This document shows positions 35,019 through 47,754 of a stretch of DNA of 64,000 nt, piece after piece. Origin of the DNA: Callorhinchus milii (Eukaryota); assembly GCF_018977255.1 (NCBI RefSeq), contig NW_024705104.1, forward strand, positions 1-64,000. Direction: 5' to 3'. The first letter of the stretch is position 1; every line of letters begins with the position of its first letter. The position numbers and the translations under genes are program-made. The notes beneath the pieces are model-generated. The model was not told the DNA's origin, searched no databases, and worked only from the letters and a program-made list of their open reading frames with translations.

Positions 35019-35938
35019 TTAATGAAACAATCTAACAAATAGAATGAATGTAAATTTCACCACTTTATTTACCTCATGCCCAAATTTCGTCTGGGTAACA
35101 GCGTAAATACACGTATTTGTGCAGGAACTCAAAAGCTTCAGTGTGTCACCAGTTTGCCAGCAGGTACACAAAGAGCTTGTGGGGGAATATATTTGTGAAA
35201 TTCTCCAGTAAAAGAAATATAGAAGATATGTCATCCAAACTAATATGGATCTGATGGAAAGAGCAAAGAGCAAAACGATGGATTTCCTTCTGTTCTCCAT
35301 CTCTGGATCACTGTCATTCTTACCTATGTGTCTATGCCCATCAATGTCCCCATCACTGTGTCCTCGCAATCTTCTGCGGACTCGACTGGCCATCACTCTG
35401 TGCCTGACAGTCAGGGCGTTGAGCAGCAAAATCTGAATGAAGGGGAGAATCGGAGTTAATGTAGAAGTGAGTGTCTGAAACAATACCCATGCCAGAGAAG
35501 TGAAACAGCTTGTTGTAGCCATGCACCCCCATGGTATGTTATTAAGTAGGTACTGTGCTTCAACAGCAAAATACCAGGGAATGTTTTGCACAAAGCAAAA
35601 CGCACTCAATCCCGCTATCACTGAACAAGAATTATTTTCGGAACAATAATTTGTTTTCAGGTTTTGGCAACAGATCGCCACATGTCGATCAAAGGTGAAA
35701 GCCACAGTGAACCAGACAGAAATTTCCGATGCTGAAGCAGCCAGGATCATAACCAGCCCACACACAGGTGTGATGGACACGAACGAATTTGGGAAATAAG
35801 AAGGAATAATTCGATAGAAAATCACCGCTATGATAATCACCATCAGATCTGCTGTTGACATGGCCACCAGGTAGTGAGTGATGCATTTGGAGAGACCGCA
35901 CTGCCCTCCAGACAGGATTACTATCGACACCAGGTTAC
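35019..35938 (-). CDS. GPR139/142-like GPCR, gene C, exon 2 (open frame; exon 1 not found; possible pseudogene)
   Basis: Acceptor CTCTGTAG at 35946-35939. NLVSIVILSGGQCGLSKC...FDRHVAICC...LSSCTNTCIYAVTQTKF. Short ECL3 and several atypical substitutions. Confidence 0.75.
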
Positions 35939-35964
35939 CTACAGAGACAGAGAAATAAGGCACT

Positions 35965-36150
35965 GTGGCAGCGAATAAAGCAAACCAGATTATGGGATGT
36001 ATCAAAAGGTCAATAGCAAGCCGAAATAGTGGGGTAATCAGGACACTGTGTTAATTACTGTTAAGGCAATACTTAGAGTACTGTGTACAATTCTGATTAC
36101 CGAGGTACAAAAAGGATATTAGAGAAATCGAGATGATACGGAAAGGACAC
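35965..36150 (+). mobile_element. CR1 LINE fragment abutting the gene C acceptor
   Basis: AANKANQIMGCIKRSIASRN...LEYCVQF*LPRYKKDI is a CR1 ORF2 motif. Confidence 0.88.
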
Positions 36151-37769
36151 GATAACGCGAAATGAATGTATATTATGTTGGAGAACTGCGGCAGCTAATT
36201 ACGCACAGCACCGTATTACGTCTTCGTGAAGTCTCAAAGCTTCACAGAATACATTGTCAAATGAATTGTCGTTATATTTTGTGGGCGAAATGGATTATCG
36301 CGTTGCACATTTATGACAGTACATCCTCGAGAAATCCCGAGCTTGTGGGTTTGATGCTCACATAGAGCTATATTATAAGTTATGTTTACTTTGCCAAACA
36401 TTTCACAGATTTAGCGAGTTGTGTCTGTGGACTATAAAAACCGCTCAGGTGATGCAGTCATGTTTGCTTGGCAGTTCCAAAAAAACATGCGATGCATTTC
36501 ATTTATTTTTCTTTCATACTGAAAAAAACTGCATTTAATAAAGATTTTCCTGATTACATTTGTACAGCGCCTTATACATCTGGAGGACGTCCCAAAGCGC
36601 TGGCCAGTGTACAGCATTCCAGTTTAAACTTTAAAACGCGTTACAAAACTGAACAACACTTTGGTTATCATTGTACAACTTTTATTTGTAAAGTAATTTT
36701 GCGTCACGAACCATAACCCTAATGAACTAGCACACATGATCTGCCTGATACCCAAGTCAGTGAGAAAAGAGCACTGTTTGATCGTTTGTCTTGGCGATTC
36801 AATAAGGATATCATGATGATGTTTGATAAATGTGCATGAAACCGATAAGGATCGCGACATTTCTGCCTCTGCCAGTTTCCTCCGGTAAGATTGTAGGTGT
36901 GTCCAAATGTGGCTCGTTGGTCTTGGGTATGATTCTCGGTTTGGGGTTCGCAGCTGAATAAAAGTCTAAGAATATAGTTCCAGACATCCTGGGAGCTCTC
37001 CCGCCGATAAAACGAGTTCCAAATTAAATCTGAAATTTGGAACTCTCAACATTTTTGCACAACTTTAAATTGCTAACAGGTCTCAAAGGTCTCAAAGGCT
37101 AAAACTGGGTAGAAATATTTCGCCATTCACGCAAATCAGACAACTTAACTTTTCCAGCCTGAAAAAGATTGGATTTGTAAGATTGTTTGGCATTTGACAT
37201 GCAAGGCGGCAATGTTTTACATAAACAATATAACAACTTGAATACGCATAGCGACCTTCATGCAGATATCCGCGATTAAGGGAAAGTACAACACGACTGA
37301 ACTTGTGAAACTTTTAACTGCCGTTAAAAGTTAATGGACAGTCAGGTTCCTGGTTCAGATCACTTGTTAAGGATACATGCTAGAAATTGTGACTGTGTCC
37401 TAATAAATTTACTTTGGCGTAATCTCCGCCATCTGTATTTGCCTCACAAAACACAATCTTTACATCTAAACTTTCGGAAGGTCGCTGAGGTGAAAAGAAG
37501 ATAAGACCGTGATTTGCGGCTGAATTTCCTCTCCCCAAAAAGAAGACAGATTTTTGTTTATATGGGTCCTTGCTGGCATTGCAATCTTTGGCAGAGCCAT
37601 CTGGGAAGCCAACCAGGAATGGTAGCTGGAAATGGTAGGACTTAATTTTGGGTAGAAATCGTCTCAATATGCTGAAGATAATTCTGGATGGTGAGAAGGC
37701 GAATTCAGGGTTTGTGCTGATGTAGTGTGTAAAAGGTGAAATGATCTAAAGCGCAGTCAAATTACCTTT

Positions 37770-38110
37770 TTGGAAGAACATGGAAATTGAGGCGATTGGG
37801 CAGCACATCGGAGGTAGAGGTTTGCAGAAAGTGCCTCAATTGGATGAAAGTTCAACCGATTCTGATGGGCTTGACACAGCTATGGGTGGATGAGTCAACA
37901 AGTGTCGGCTGCACAAAAGTAATGGACCTACTACTGTGAGTGCATAAGGTTTCAGAGATCGGGTGGGATAATAACATGGAAAGACCTAATGAGAGAACGA
38001 GGATTTTGAATGTAATCTGTCTGGGCTTTGGGAGCCCATGTTGCCCAGATGGGATGGGGTGCTGTTGGCGGAGATGGTCAGGGCAGCCCAGCCCAGGAAC
38101 ACAAGCCAAA
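37770..38110 (-). mobile_element. Old L2 fragment
   Basis: Minus frame ...QITFKILVL... with the L2 C-terminal pattern. Confidence 0.5.
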
Positions 38111-38160
38111 TGCAATGCACTGATTCACACAAACGATGACCTAATCAGCTGCGTTTTGCA

Positions 38161-38725
38161 TTATTGCGCCAGTTTACATATCAATTTTAATGGATATTTT
38201 GCTGCTTTTTTCAATTTTTCACTGAATTTAGCACGCGTTACAGCATAAATACACGTGTTTATGCAGCTACCGAGAAGCCCTAGCATGCATCCGGTTTCAT
38301 ACGAAACATAGACTGGATCATTATAGCCCAAATAAGAATAATAATTTACAATGTGTCTATACAAGTAATATACAACGTAGGTCATCCATAAAAGTATAAC
38401 ACTCCAGGATATAGAAAAGAGAATTACGATGGATTTTTTCCTGTTGACCATCTCTGAATCATTAGCAGTATCCGTGCTGTTGCGGCCAAGAAGACTCCGA
38501 CAGATCCTGTTTGCCGCTAAAATGTGTTTGATTGTCAGTGTGTTGAGCAGCAAAATCAGAACAAAGGAAACACAAAGTGTTAGTAAGGTGTAAGACAAGG
38601 AATAAACTTCCCAGGCCAGTGATCCATAATAACTTTCCTTTGTCTTGCAAAACAATGGCACATTATCAATTATATACCAAGGCTGAAAAATAAAACACCA
38701 GGGAATATTTCTGAAGCAGCTCAGA
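38161..38725 (-). CDS. GPR139/142-like GPCR, gene E, 3' part (TM4-TM7), 5' end lost at an assembly gap
   Basis: Open frame from the gap: SCFRNIPWCF...ILLLNTLTIKHIL...RKKSIVILFSIS...GSCINTCIYAVTRAKF to TAA 38161. Confidence 0.85.
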
Positions 38726-38755
38726 NNNNNNNNNNNNNNNNNNNNNNNNNNNNNN
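38726..38755. other. Assembly gap (30 N)
   Basis: Run of N. Confidence 1.
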
Positions 38756-38834
38756 TAGACTGCTTTCTGGTATAAGTTCTCCTAGTTGCAGCAGACGTCG
38801 CACATCCGGCGTCTGCTGGGTCTCAAAGAAAATC

Positions 38835-39630
38835 ATTTTATACAGAGACCAGTCCTGTTATACAGAGACCAATCCTGTTATACAGAGACCAATCCTGTTA
38901 TACATAGACCAGTCCTGTACAGAGACCAATCCTGTTATGCAGAGACCAATACTGTTATACAGAGACCAATCCTGTTATACAGAGACCAATCATATTATAC
39001 AGACACCATTCCTGTTATACAGCGACCTGTGGCTCAGTGGTTAGAGCAGTCGCTTTGCAAGCGAGAGACCTGAGTTCAATCCCAGGCAGAGGGCGAAACC
39101 TTGGGCAAGTTTCCTTACTCCACACAGAGCCTAATAATAATCCCTCCAAAACCAAAAACAATAATAAATTGGTCATTTTCAATCCACGACTGTTTGTGGG
39201 ACATTGCTGTGCGCAATTGGCTGCCGCGTTCGCCCACAAATATACAGTCAATTCACTTTACAGTGTGTTCTGTGAAGCGCTTTGGGACGTCCTCCCGACG
39301 TTAAAAGCGCTATATCAAATGCAAGGATTATTATTATTATTATTACAGCGACCAATCCTGTTATACAGAGACGAGTCCTGATATTCAGAGGCCAATCCAT
39401 TTATACAGAGATCAATCCTGTTATACAGAAACCAATTCTGTTATACAGAGACCAGTCCTGTTATACAGAGACCAATCCTGTTATTCAGAGACCAATCCTT
39501 TTATAGAGAGACCAATCCTGTTATACAGAGACCAATCCTGTTATACAGAGACCAGTCCTGTTATACAGAGACCAGACCTACTTTGGAGAGACCAGGACTG
39601 CTGCACAGATAAGAGACCTGTTACACAGAG
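38835..39630. repeat. 20-bp satellite (reverse orientation) flanking a SINE
   Basis: (GTTATACAGAGACCAATCCT)n at ~38835-39023 and ~39345-39630; inverted counterpart of 1615-3526. Confidence 0.93.
39024..39344 (+). mobile_element. Ala-headed Deu-type SINE (well preserved)
   Basis: GACCTGTGGCTCAGTGGTTAGAGCAGTCGCTTTGCAAGCGAGAGACCTGAGTTCAATCCC ... GGGACGTCCTCCCGACGTTAAAAGCGCTATATCAAATGCAAGG(ATT)n. Confidence 0.92.
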
Positions 39631-39638
39631 ATGATGGA

Positions 39639-39731
39639 GCCCGGATAGCTCAGTCGGTAGAGCATCAGGCTTTTAAAGTTAATAATTTGACAGCAATCCG
39701 AGAGTCCATGGTTCAAGTCCTTGTTCGAGGG
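39639..39731 (+). tRNA. Second intron-containing tRNA-Lys(UUU)-like gene (intron 39676-39695; G1:G72 mismatch)
   Basis: Same layout as 1507-1599. T6 terminator at 39741-39746. Confidence 0.75.
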
Positions 39732-39974
39732 TTACTGTTCTTTTTTGTTTTATTGGTGTGTTTGGAAGGGATTACATGCAAATATTTATTTGGCTTTTCC
39801 CCTATATCATACAGCCGACTTTAATTATAAGATTCATGTCGCAATTTGAATTCAAATCTTCCTCAGTTTCTTCTTTCCAAGATAAATGTAAGTGTGGTGA
39901 CATCTGACTAAATGTTATCTGAAACATTATAAATTAATGCAGTTAAACTTCAGTTAAACTTGTTTAGCATGGAG

Positions 39975-40180
39975 TAAATTCCTGGTCTACCTATCAAATC
40001 CCCTCATGATTTTGAAGACCTCTATTAGGTCTCCCCGTAACCTTCTATGATCCAATGAGAATAATCCAAGCCTGTCTAGCCTTTTCTCAGAATCATGTTC
40101 TCTCATGCCTTGTACCATCCTTTTAAATCTCCTCTGTACCTTTTCCAATGCTTTAACATCCTTCCGATACATTTGTATCT
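39975..40180 (-). mobile_element. CR1 fragment (duplicate of 1060-1260)
   Basis: YRKDVKALEKVQRR...LRGDLIEVFKIM on the minus strand. Confidence 0.9.
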
Positions 40181-41292
40181 GCGCTTATTTGAAGTGTACG
40201 GCTAATTATTGAGACATTTTAGATATCAATTATGAACTCAGCTAATGGATATGATAGCGCACGTGTAATCGTTGTTGAATTAAATATATATTTGCAAAAT
40301 TGTGCTGAAAAAAAGCAACACTACTGTTAGAATATACACGTTTTGTATACGACGAGAATCATAATAGATGTTGTGAATGGGTTAACTTTTAAGTTAAGTG
40401 TGGGGACAACTGGACTGACAGTCATGGGATAGGACACATCTGGTTTTCTCTGTTTTTGAAAGAATAACGGACAGGGGCAGGGGGTCACCTCTTATCAGTA
40501 AATGACAACACGCCCACAGAGGTAATGGCCCAAGGTTCCGGTCGACACAGGATTCTCGACTTAGCAATCAGTCGCTGGATTCTGACAGGGCCTGACAAGC
40601 GGCAGAAGTCAACCCTCAAGAATAGCAACTAAGGAGCGAGTTGCTTCAACTATAGGACCTTGGCACCATCCCGGGAAACTGATAAGAAATAACCAGTCAC
40701 TTAAAAGGAATGTACTAATGACCGCACACCACAAAATAATGAGCACCAGATACAGCCCTAAACTGATCAATCCTCTAACTTAGACAATTAGATCAGATAA
40801 CAGGGGTGTTAAGGACAATGTGGATGTGTGTGAGGCACTACACCCCATGAGGTGCTCACGTGAACCCAGCATGATGTCGACCAGGTGATCGAATGTCCGC
40901 ACCATGATTGGAGGAACATTGGTATAAGAGTTCCGTTAACTTTGTGTACGGGGCAGTCCCGGGTCGTGGAGACAAGGATACGGGAGATGGAGCCGTCCCG
41001 GGCTGCGGAGACAAGGGTACGGAGATGGAAGATTGAAAGCTGTAAGCAATAAGACTGAAAGCATGAAGAATTAAGCTTGTCGGCTGGAAAGACACAGTGT
41101 TGAACTCTTGAGCTCGAGATATCTATAGTGTGTTATTCTGTTGTAGTATCTGTTGATTGTATCTGCCTTTGGTCTGATCCACCGGCATGTTGGGGAATAG
41201 CGAACGAAAAATAATAAAACCGTCTGATATCTGGTTAGAGGAATTAGCGTTATTTCCTTACAGATTTGGCTGATTTTATTTTCTAACAGTTT

Positions 41293-41310
41293 TGGCGTCG
41301 TCGGCAGGAT
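41293..41310 (+). promoter_or_regulatory. Primer-binding site complementary to the tRNA-Ser 3' end
   Basis: TGGCGTCGTCGGCAGGAT versus TGGCGTAGTCGGCAGGAT expected from vertebrate tRNA-Ser(AGA/TGA-type) ...ATCCTGCCGACTACGCCA (17/18). Confidence 0.8.
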
Positions 41311-41400
41311 TCCCCAGTAAACAGACAAGGGAGCTACAATCATGCCTTGACGAACGATTTGTATTTAAAGCTGAATATTTGACTATATTAGCTGGCAAGT

Positions 41401-42080
41401 TTGTGATTTTCTCCTTCAATGTTTGAATACTTCAAGCAGACAGTAGTTTTCAGAGTTTGCGATTGTCTCCTTGAATGTACGAATACATCAAGTAGAAGAC
41501 AGTAGTTTTCAGTGTTTGTGATTGTCTCCTTGAATGTTTGAATAATTCAAGTGGAGACAGTAGTTTTGAGTAAGCTGTGGGTGTCACACCAATGTGTAAG
41601 TGGGGCCAAGCTTGAGTAAGCTGTGGATGCCACACTAAGGTGTATTCGGTACCAGGCTTCGGTAACGGTAAGGCGGTTGAGTACGCTGGCGATCGCATCA
41701 GGCATTTAGGTGCGCTGATGTGCGTGTGAACGACATTCCAATATGTTGATATATTGTGTGTCGATGTAGAAATTGTGTAAGTGATGGAGTAACTTTCGGG
41801 CGTTCGAACAGTCAGTGGGAAATCCCCTATTACCTCCGGATAAGGAGAGGGACCGAGACCGACAGTAATTGAATGTTGATTTCAATTGTGAATGTGGTCG
41901 CTGGAAATAACCTGTTGGTTACAACTGAGCTGTGAAATAAGTCAGTGCAAACTGAGGGAAGCAAATACCCTGTTACCTTCGGGTAAGGAGAGGGACCAGG
42001 ACTGATAGTAATTGAATGATGATTTCAATTGTGACTGTGGTCGCTGAAAATAACCTGTTGGTTTTGACTGAGCTGTGAAA
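41401..42080. repeat. Internal direct repeats of the LTR element (~59 bp x3 at 41401-41570; ~125-140 bp x2 at 41815-42080)
   Basis: Repeated GATTGTCTCCTTGAATG...CAGTAGTTTT and GGAGAGGGACC...GATTTCAATTGTGA...ATAACCTGTTGG. Confidence 0.8.
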
Positions 42081-43711
42081 CCCGAGAGAATGTTCATTAA
42101 GAGAGTTTGCCTCCTGGAAGAACCATCCTCCCTCCCAGGTTGTGTGACCTTCTGCTATTTTTCTGACTTTGTATTATCTGTCTTTTTGTACTATCAGGTT
42201 GTGTAACCTTGTATTATTTTTCTGATTTGTATTATATTCTTTTTATAATTTTGTGATATCTCATGTCTTTCGGTGTCAAGGTGGGGACTGTTAGAATTTA
42301 CACTATTTGTATAATGTTAGAATCATAATAGATGTTGCGAACGGGTTAACTTTTAATTTAAGTGTGTTGTGGGCAGCTGGACTGAAACTGCCTGCACGTA
42401 CACGAGATAACGGACTGTCTCAAGGACAGTGTGTTTGGGTGTGTGAGGCACGTACACCCCATGAGATGTTCACGTGAACCCGGCATGATTTCGACCGGTT
42501 GGTCTAATGTCCGCACCATGATTGGATGAACATTGGTATAAGATTTCCGATAACTTTGTATACGGGGCCGTCCCGGGTCGTGGAGACAAGGATACGGAAG
42601 ATGGGGCCGTCCCGGGTCGCGGAGACAAGGATACGGGATATGCGGCAATCCCGGGCTACGGAGACAAGGGTACGGAGATGGAAGACTGAGAGCTGGAAAC
42701 ACTAAGACTGAGGCTGTCAGATGGAAGATTGAAAGCTGTAAGCAAGAAGACTGAAAGCATGAAGAATCAAGCTTGTGTGCTGTAAAGACACAGTGTTGAG
42801 ATCTTGAACTCGAGATATCTTTAGTGGTGTTATTCTGTTATAAGATCTGTTGATTGTACCGGCCTTTGGTCTGACCCATCGGGATATTGGGGAATAACGA
42901 ACGAATAATAATAAAACAGTCTCATATCTGGTTAGAAGAATTAGCGTTATTTCCTTACAGATTTGGCTGGTTTTATTTTCTAACACCAGGTTCAATTGGA
43001 AGCTTTCTGCTCTCTTTGAAAGATTACGTTGCGATCCAACAAGTTGCAGACGGAAACTATTTAACCCATGTAATATTAAGTCGCTTTGTGTTGAAACATC
43101 ATATTGTTGACCTCCAAATTTCCCATTTGCAAATTTTTCCTTGATATAACAGAAAACATGACAAGTAGCAATTACATAACGCCCTCCATGCTGGGTAGCG
43201 TCTCAGAGCGCTTAACAGTGGTGGAGCCTGACTACGAGCGGGATGAGCGGCTGCGGTTGACCATGAAGTGATCTGTGAAAACACTGTTTGAATGAGCGAA
43301 TAGTGAACCTGTGGAACCTGCTCCCTTGGGAAATCTTTGAAGCAGGAATTGATAATTGTTTTTAACATAGATTAGATTATTTATTTCAGGAAGTAACATT
43401 ATGGGATCAAGTACATCGTTTTTCAGGGACAAATGTGCACGCGCCCGCCAGGAATGTGAAAGGACAACTCGATGGAGCTTGTCCTCTTTACTCGCATATC
43501 TTGTGTTCTTACGCCCAAGACAAATGCTTAGTCAAAGAGCCATTAGCTCACAGGAAAAAAAACGTCCGAAGTGGGACGTATAGCTGATGAAATCCACCAG
43601 TAAACTGACATTGGCGGCCAGAAGCTTTATGTAACAAATCTATAGATCACAGATGGTCAAATCAATGCTGACATAGGCAATAGAGATATGTTTGAAAGCG
43701 CACCATTGAAG

Positions 43712-43990
43712 TGGAATCCTGTAGCTCAGTGGTATAGAGCACTCGAACCGCAAGCGGGAGATCTGGGTTCAATTGCACAAATGGCGAAACTTTGGGCAAG
43801 CTGCTTACGCCTATTGATAATCCCTCCAATAAAAATAATAAATCTTTCATTTCCAATCCGCAACTGTTTCTGGGACATTGGTGTGCGCAATTGACTGCGG
43901 CGTTTCGCCTACAAATACAAGGTCAGTTCACATTACAGCATATTCTGTGCACCGCTTTCGGACGTTCAGAAGACGAGAATACTAATAATA
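43712..43990 (+). mobile_element. Ala-headed SINE, diverged
   Basis: GGAATCCTGTAGCTCAGTGG...GCAAGCGGGAGATCTGGGTTCAATT head; GGGACATTGGTGTGCGCAATTGACTGCGGCG core. Confidence 0.8.
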
Positions 43991-44879
43991 ATAATATCAA
44001 ATTCAAGGATCATTATTATTATTCTTTCTCTACATACGTCAGATTATCAAGCTGCAAGTCGAAAACCGCTTGTTAGTTGATAGGTGAATAGCTTTTCAGA
44101 GGTTAACTATTCTTTCAAAAATAATAATAAATTCGACACTGAAAGCACGACTGTTAGTTGGGCACACTTGCATGCAATTAGCTGCTGCTTTTCGCCAACA
44201 CAGTATACAGTCATTTCATTTCACACTGTATTCTGTGAAGCGCATTGACACACCAAGAAGAGGTAAAAAGGCGTACATATGTATCATTATTATTATCAGA
44301 TATGCAGGGTGAATCTTTATTTAGGCAGATATTGGCAAATATATATAAGTAATATGTTTATATCACTATATTTACGTACATTGTTTTGCAATATATATAC
44401 TAGCATTTGCAAAGTCGAAAATTAATAATAAGTAATCTTAAATGTCGGAAAGTATTGGCCACATTTCATACGTGACCAAGAGATATTTGCTCTAAGTGAA
44501 AGAAGAATGATATGGGTTACTTGTGTGATTAAAACAATGAGAATCATACAGGTTGCTGCCAGAAACCGACAAACGCGACGAGAAACTGTTCTCTTAGTGC
44601 TGGACAACAGATTTCTGAGGCAAGTCCACCATCATTGTTCCAGAGATGAATTGTGGTCATAGTCCACAAGAAGGTTTACCCGAGTAAGAGATAGATATAC
44701 AGAGGAACTTCACTGATTTCAGTGTTTCTTTGCTGATCGCTTCACGTTATCACGACACATATATCACATGGGTTGGAGGCAGGTTGTTTGACATTGAAGA
44801 ACCATTCTGGCGTATAATGTCATATCTAATGTGTGCGACATTGGGTATGGCTTACGATATGACAGCAGAGATCGTCAAA

Positions 44880-45430
44880 GTCTGAGCGAAAAATCCAACT
44901 CCGTTGCTTTAGTTGATTTTCGCAAGATCGTCAAGCGTTTTTTTGAGACTGGAATCCATGGGAGTATAAGGCCAAAAATTTGGATTTCATCCAGAATGTG
45001 TATTCCATCTCTAGAATCCATGTGAAGGTTGTCCCTGGTCTCTGAAAACATTCCTGTTGAAGTGGGGGTAAGACAAGACAAGGCCATGAACACTTTAGAT
45101 GTGTTCATTAATTACGATGCCACCGAGGATCATTGACATGGAGTACGTGTTCCAGGCTTTCCTGACAATGATCCTGCTTCTGCACGATTCATCTGGAGAC
45201 AGAGACATTTATTTGCCCTGCGAGCTTGTATCACCTGAAAGCCACTGCCTGAAAAGGAGATAAAAGCAGATGCAATAAAAACTTTCGATAAGTGAATTGG
45301 ATATACACTTGCAAAAGTAAAAAAANTCCTGCTGTGGGAAACGAATGTGGGAGTCGGAGTCATTCGGTAGCTTTGCATGCAGCTGGCACAGGTACGATGG
45401 GACGGTTGGCCTCTTTTTGTGCTGTTCAAT
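44880..45430 (+). mobile_element. Degenerate LINE RT fragment followed by a CR1-type 3' end
   Basis: ALVDFRK...SENIPVEVGVRQ resembles RT motifs (DxxKAFD, GVRQG). 45200-45430 resembles the chondrichthyan CR1 3' UTR (..GATGGGACGGTTGGCCTC...TGTGCTG). Confidence 0.55.
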
Positions 45431-46549
45431 TCGCTTTTTCTATGCAAACTTTTGCTTGGACACAGTTCTGTTCTTCTCTGACAAGACCTCTCCAGTCATG
45501 CTCGCCTCAGTTAAAGGAAAGCAATGTTCCAATGCAAGTTATCTTTCTGCCTTGTAAAATCTGAGTGAATCTTATAGGACACGTTTCTGCATTGTAACTT
45601 GGGAGCTCCTCTGTTTGCCACAGATAGATGTCCTCCAGACCAATTGCAGTGTCTACCACTTGCGTTGTGGAAGACTTGGGGTAAAAGGAAATATGGCTGC
45701 AAAGGGGTAGAGCTCAAAACTACACTGCCGTTTCATTGAGCATCCTGGTGCTGGAGTACGTTTCACAGTGGCGAAACCAACAAGGACATGGACTCCTGGT
45801 ATGTGGCACTGAATGTGGACATTGCGAATACCAAGATGGCTGGTAGATCGCAAGTTGAACTGTAAAGTTGGTCGCACGCCTCTGAAGAGCGATGTCATTC
45901 AGATATGTGCTGGGAATTATAAACTGGAATCGTGTCACCAACGTATATGTGTGTACAAGGCCTTGGAGTGCACCTTGATCGGTTTGCAGACATCGCAGCA
46001 TTGACGCTCAATCACTGCAACTACTGTTGCAAAGATCGCTCAGTGGGAAGTGGTTTGTTGCCGTTATGGGCAGGAAGATGTGGTAATTGTGTTTTGGATT
46101 TCATGTCAAACGTATTGCCCTCCAGGAGGCTTCCTCCTTGCCCCTCACTCAATGGCCTTCTTCAGATCAGACCTGAACTTTCTTTGCCCTTTGCCCAGAG
46201 TCACCTCCGCTTTCTCTACAACTTGGCAATAATAAAATAATGAATTCCTTGGCAATAATACACTGTGTAAACAAAAGTTGTGGCTGTTGTTGTGTTGTAT
46301 CTCGGTTGAATGCACATGTATTGGCTCTTCAGCCGAAGGATAAACATTTAGTGCGTTGAAAGTGGAGCCTGGAAGCCGATGGAATCGTTAGTAACTGTAC
46401 AGATTAATTCCAGATACAAATATTTCACTAATAATAATAAATCATTAATAATAACCCTTCCTATTTAAATCATTCCTCATCAGGTCTTGAATGTAACAGA
46501 TGCTCAACGTCTAAATTGTAAAGTGGAATTTATTATTATTTTTGAGTGA

Positions 46550-47090
46550 AACATGAGAACATGAGAATCGCGAGATGTAAAAAAGAATAAGGTCCACTTG
46601 GGTCGCCTTTCGTCTTCCTGGCGGTCGCAACCACATGTGTCCCGACCTACCTATGTTTTATATTCCATAATATTTTTTCATAACAGAAAACTGTCTAATA
46701 TGTTTTTCAAGGAAGCAACACTGAGTGCTTGAACCGTCTCCTTAGGGAACATGTTCCACACTTTAACTCTTTCATCACTGAAACAGTGTTTCTGTTGGTG
46801 CGAAACACAGCAGCTAGATTGCGCACAGCAACGTCCGAGAAACGTTCAAGAAGTGAGAAAATAGTTGTATTTGCGGAACTGCTGCCCAAGACACTGGGAG
46901 AAACTCACTGGACATTTTGAAACGTGCCCTGGGATATTTTAACATCCAGCTGAACAGGCAGCCGGATCCTCAGCATAACGTCTCATTCAAATGCCATCAC
47001 CTCCGACAATGCGATGCATCGCCAACAATATATGGAAACCACAATTTCTGATTCAGATGTGAGAATATCACCACTGAGTGAGGCTGATAA
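46550..47090 (-). mobile_element. CR1 3' remnant plus ancient Deu-type SINE remnant
   Basis: 46850-47090 minus reads GCATTGTCGGAGGTG...GAATGAGACGTTA...CAGCTGGATGTTAAAATATCCCAGGGCAC (Deu-like, from memory). 46550-46800 is CR1-like. Confidence 0.55.
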
Positions 47091-47684
47091 CTTTTCATTT
47101 GATGCAGCAATTGATTGCTGGATGTAGGAATGTAAGAATGTCAAATTGGCATTGTGTGGAGTATTATTCTCCGTGACAAGTGTTTCAGCTTTAGCTAAAC
47201 TACAGCAACATCACCAGTGCCCACACTTCAGTCACACGGCCTTTGTTATTCCCTTCCTGTACCGAAAACTCTCTGCAGGTCTTTAAGCAGCTTGTGTGCT
47301 CCAATGGGAAGATGTTGCCATCTATTCCAGGCTGGCGAATTCCACTTTAAAGTGGGGACACATGTGAATCTCTCAGGTGGTTTAGATACCTGAAAAATAA
47401 TTTGTATTACGCATGGTATCGTCTGGGATATTGCAGGCAAAGGCTTTCTGCATGGATGGAAAACCACCTGCTGCTAAGCGAATCACTGAGTTGAATTGCA
47501 TAACTCAGGGAGAGTGTGTATTCCCCACGGCACAAACTCATCTATGAACTGGCGGTAAAATTGCTCATCAAAGCGTTCTCCGCTTTGGATAAAATACGGC
47601 TCCGATTTATGCTATTGAGCGTCATCCCACAGCGTGAGCTGCGTCCTGTACCAAGAGGAAGAATCGCTTTTTTTCTCTCTGAAG

Positions 47685-47754
47685 ATGAGAATTCCGATAA
47701 TTTTGAGGATAGAGCGGATATACGACCCAATTCTCGCTGCTGTTGGAGTTCCTG
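47685..47754 (+). CDS. GPCR gene D exon 1 (MRIPIILRIERIYDPILAAVGVP+G), GC donor
   Basis: 70-nt exon ending CCT G|GCAAGT; phase 1 matches the acceptor at 48653. Confidence 0.87.

Larger units (their letters stand above)
40325..42985 (+). mobile_element. Non-autonomous LTR retroelement (ERV-like): 5' LTR 40325-41288, ~1 kb non-coding interior, 3' LTR 42289-42985
   Basis: Both LTRs run TGTTAGAA...TTCTAACA, with a PBS after the 5' LTR and polypurine AAGGTGGGGAC before the 3' LTR. No gag/pol ORF and no matching TSD. Confidence 0.85.

Noticed and set aside
35939-36005. Apparent single-exon N-terminus MIHPIIWFALFAATVP for gene C (TE-rescued start)
   Set aside because: The ORF-track start is a TTG inside an antisense CR1 fragment, with no in-frame ATG before the upstream stop (36053-36051). 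A proper splice acceptor at 35939 explains the gene better.
39024-39095. tRNA-Ala-like cloverleaf heads (also 19307, 28259, 43712, 51358, 55400)
   Set aside because: Each continues into the same SINE body and L2 tail; these are SINE heads, not tRNA genes.
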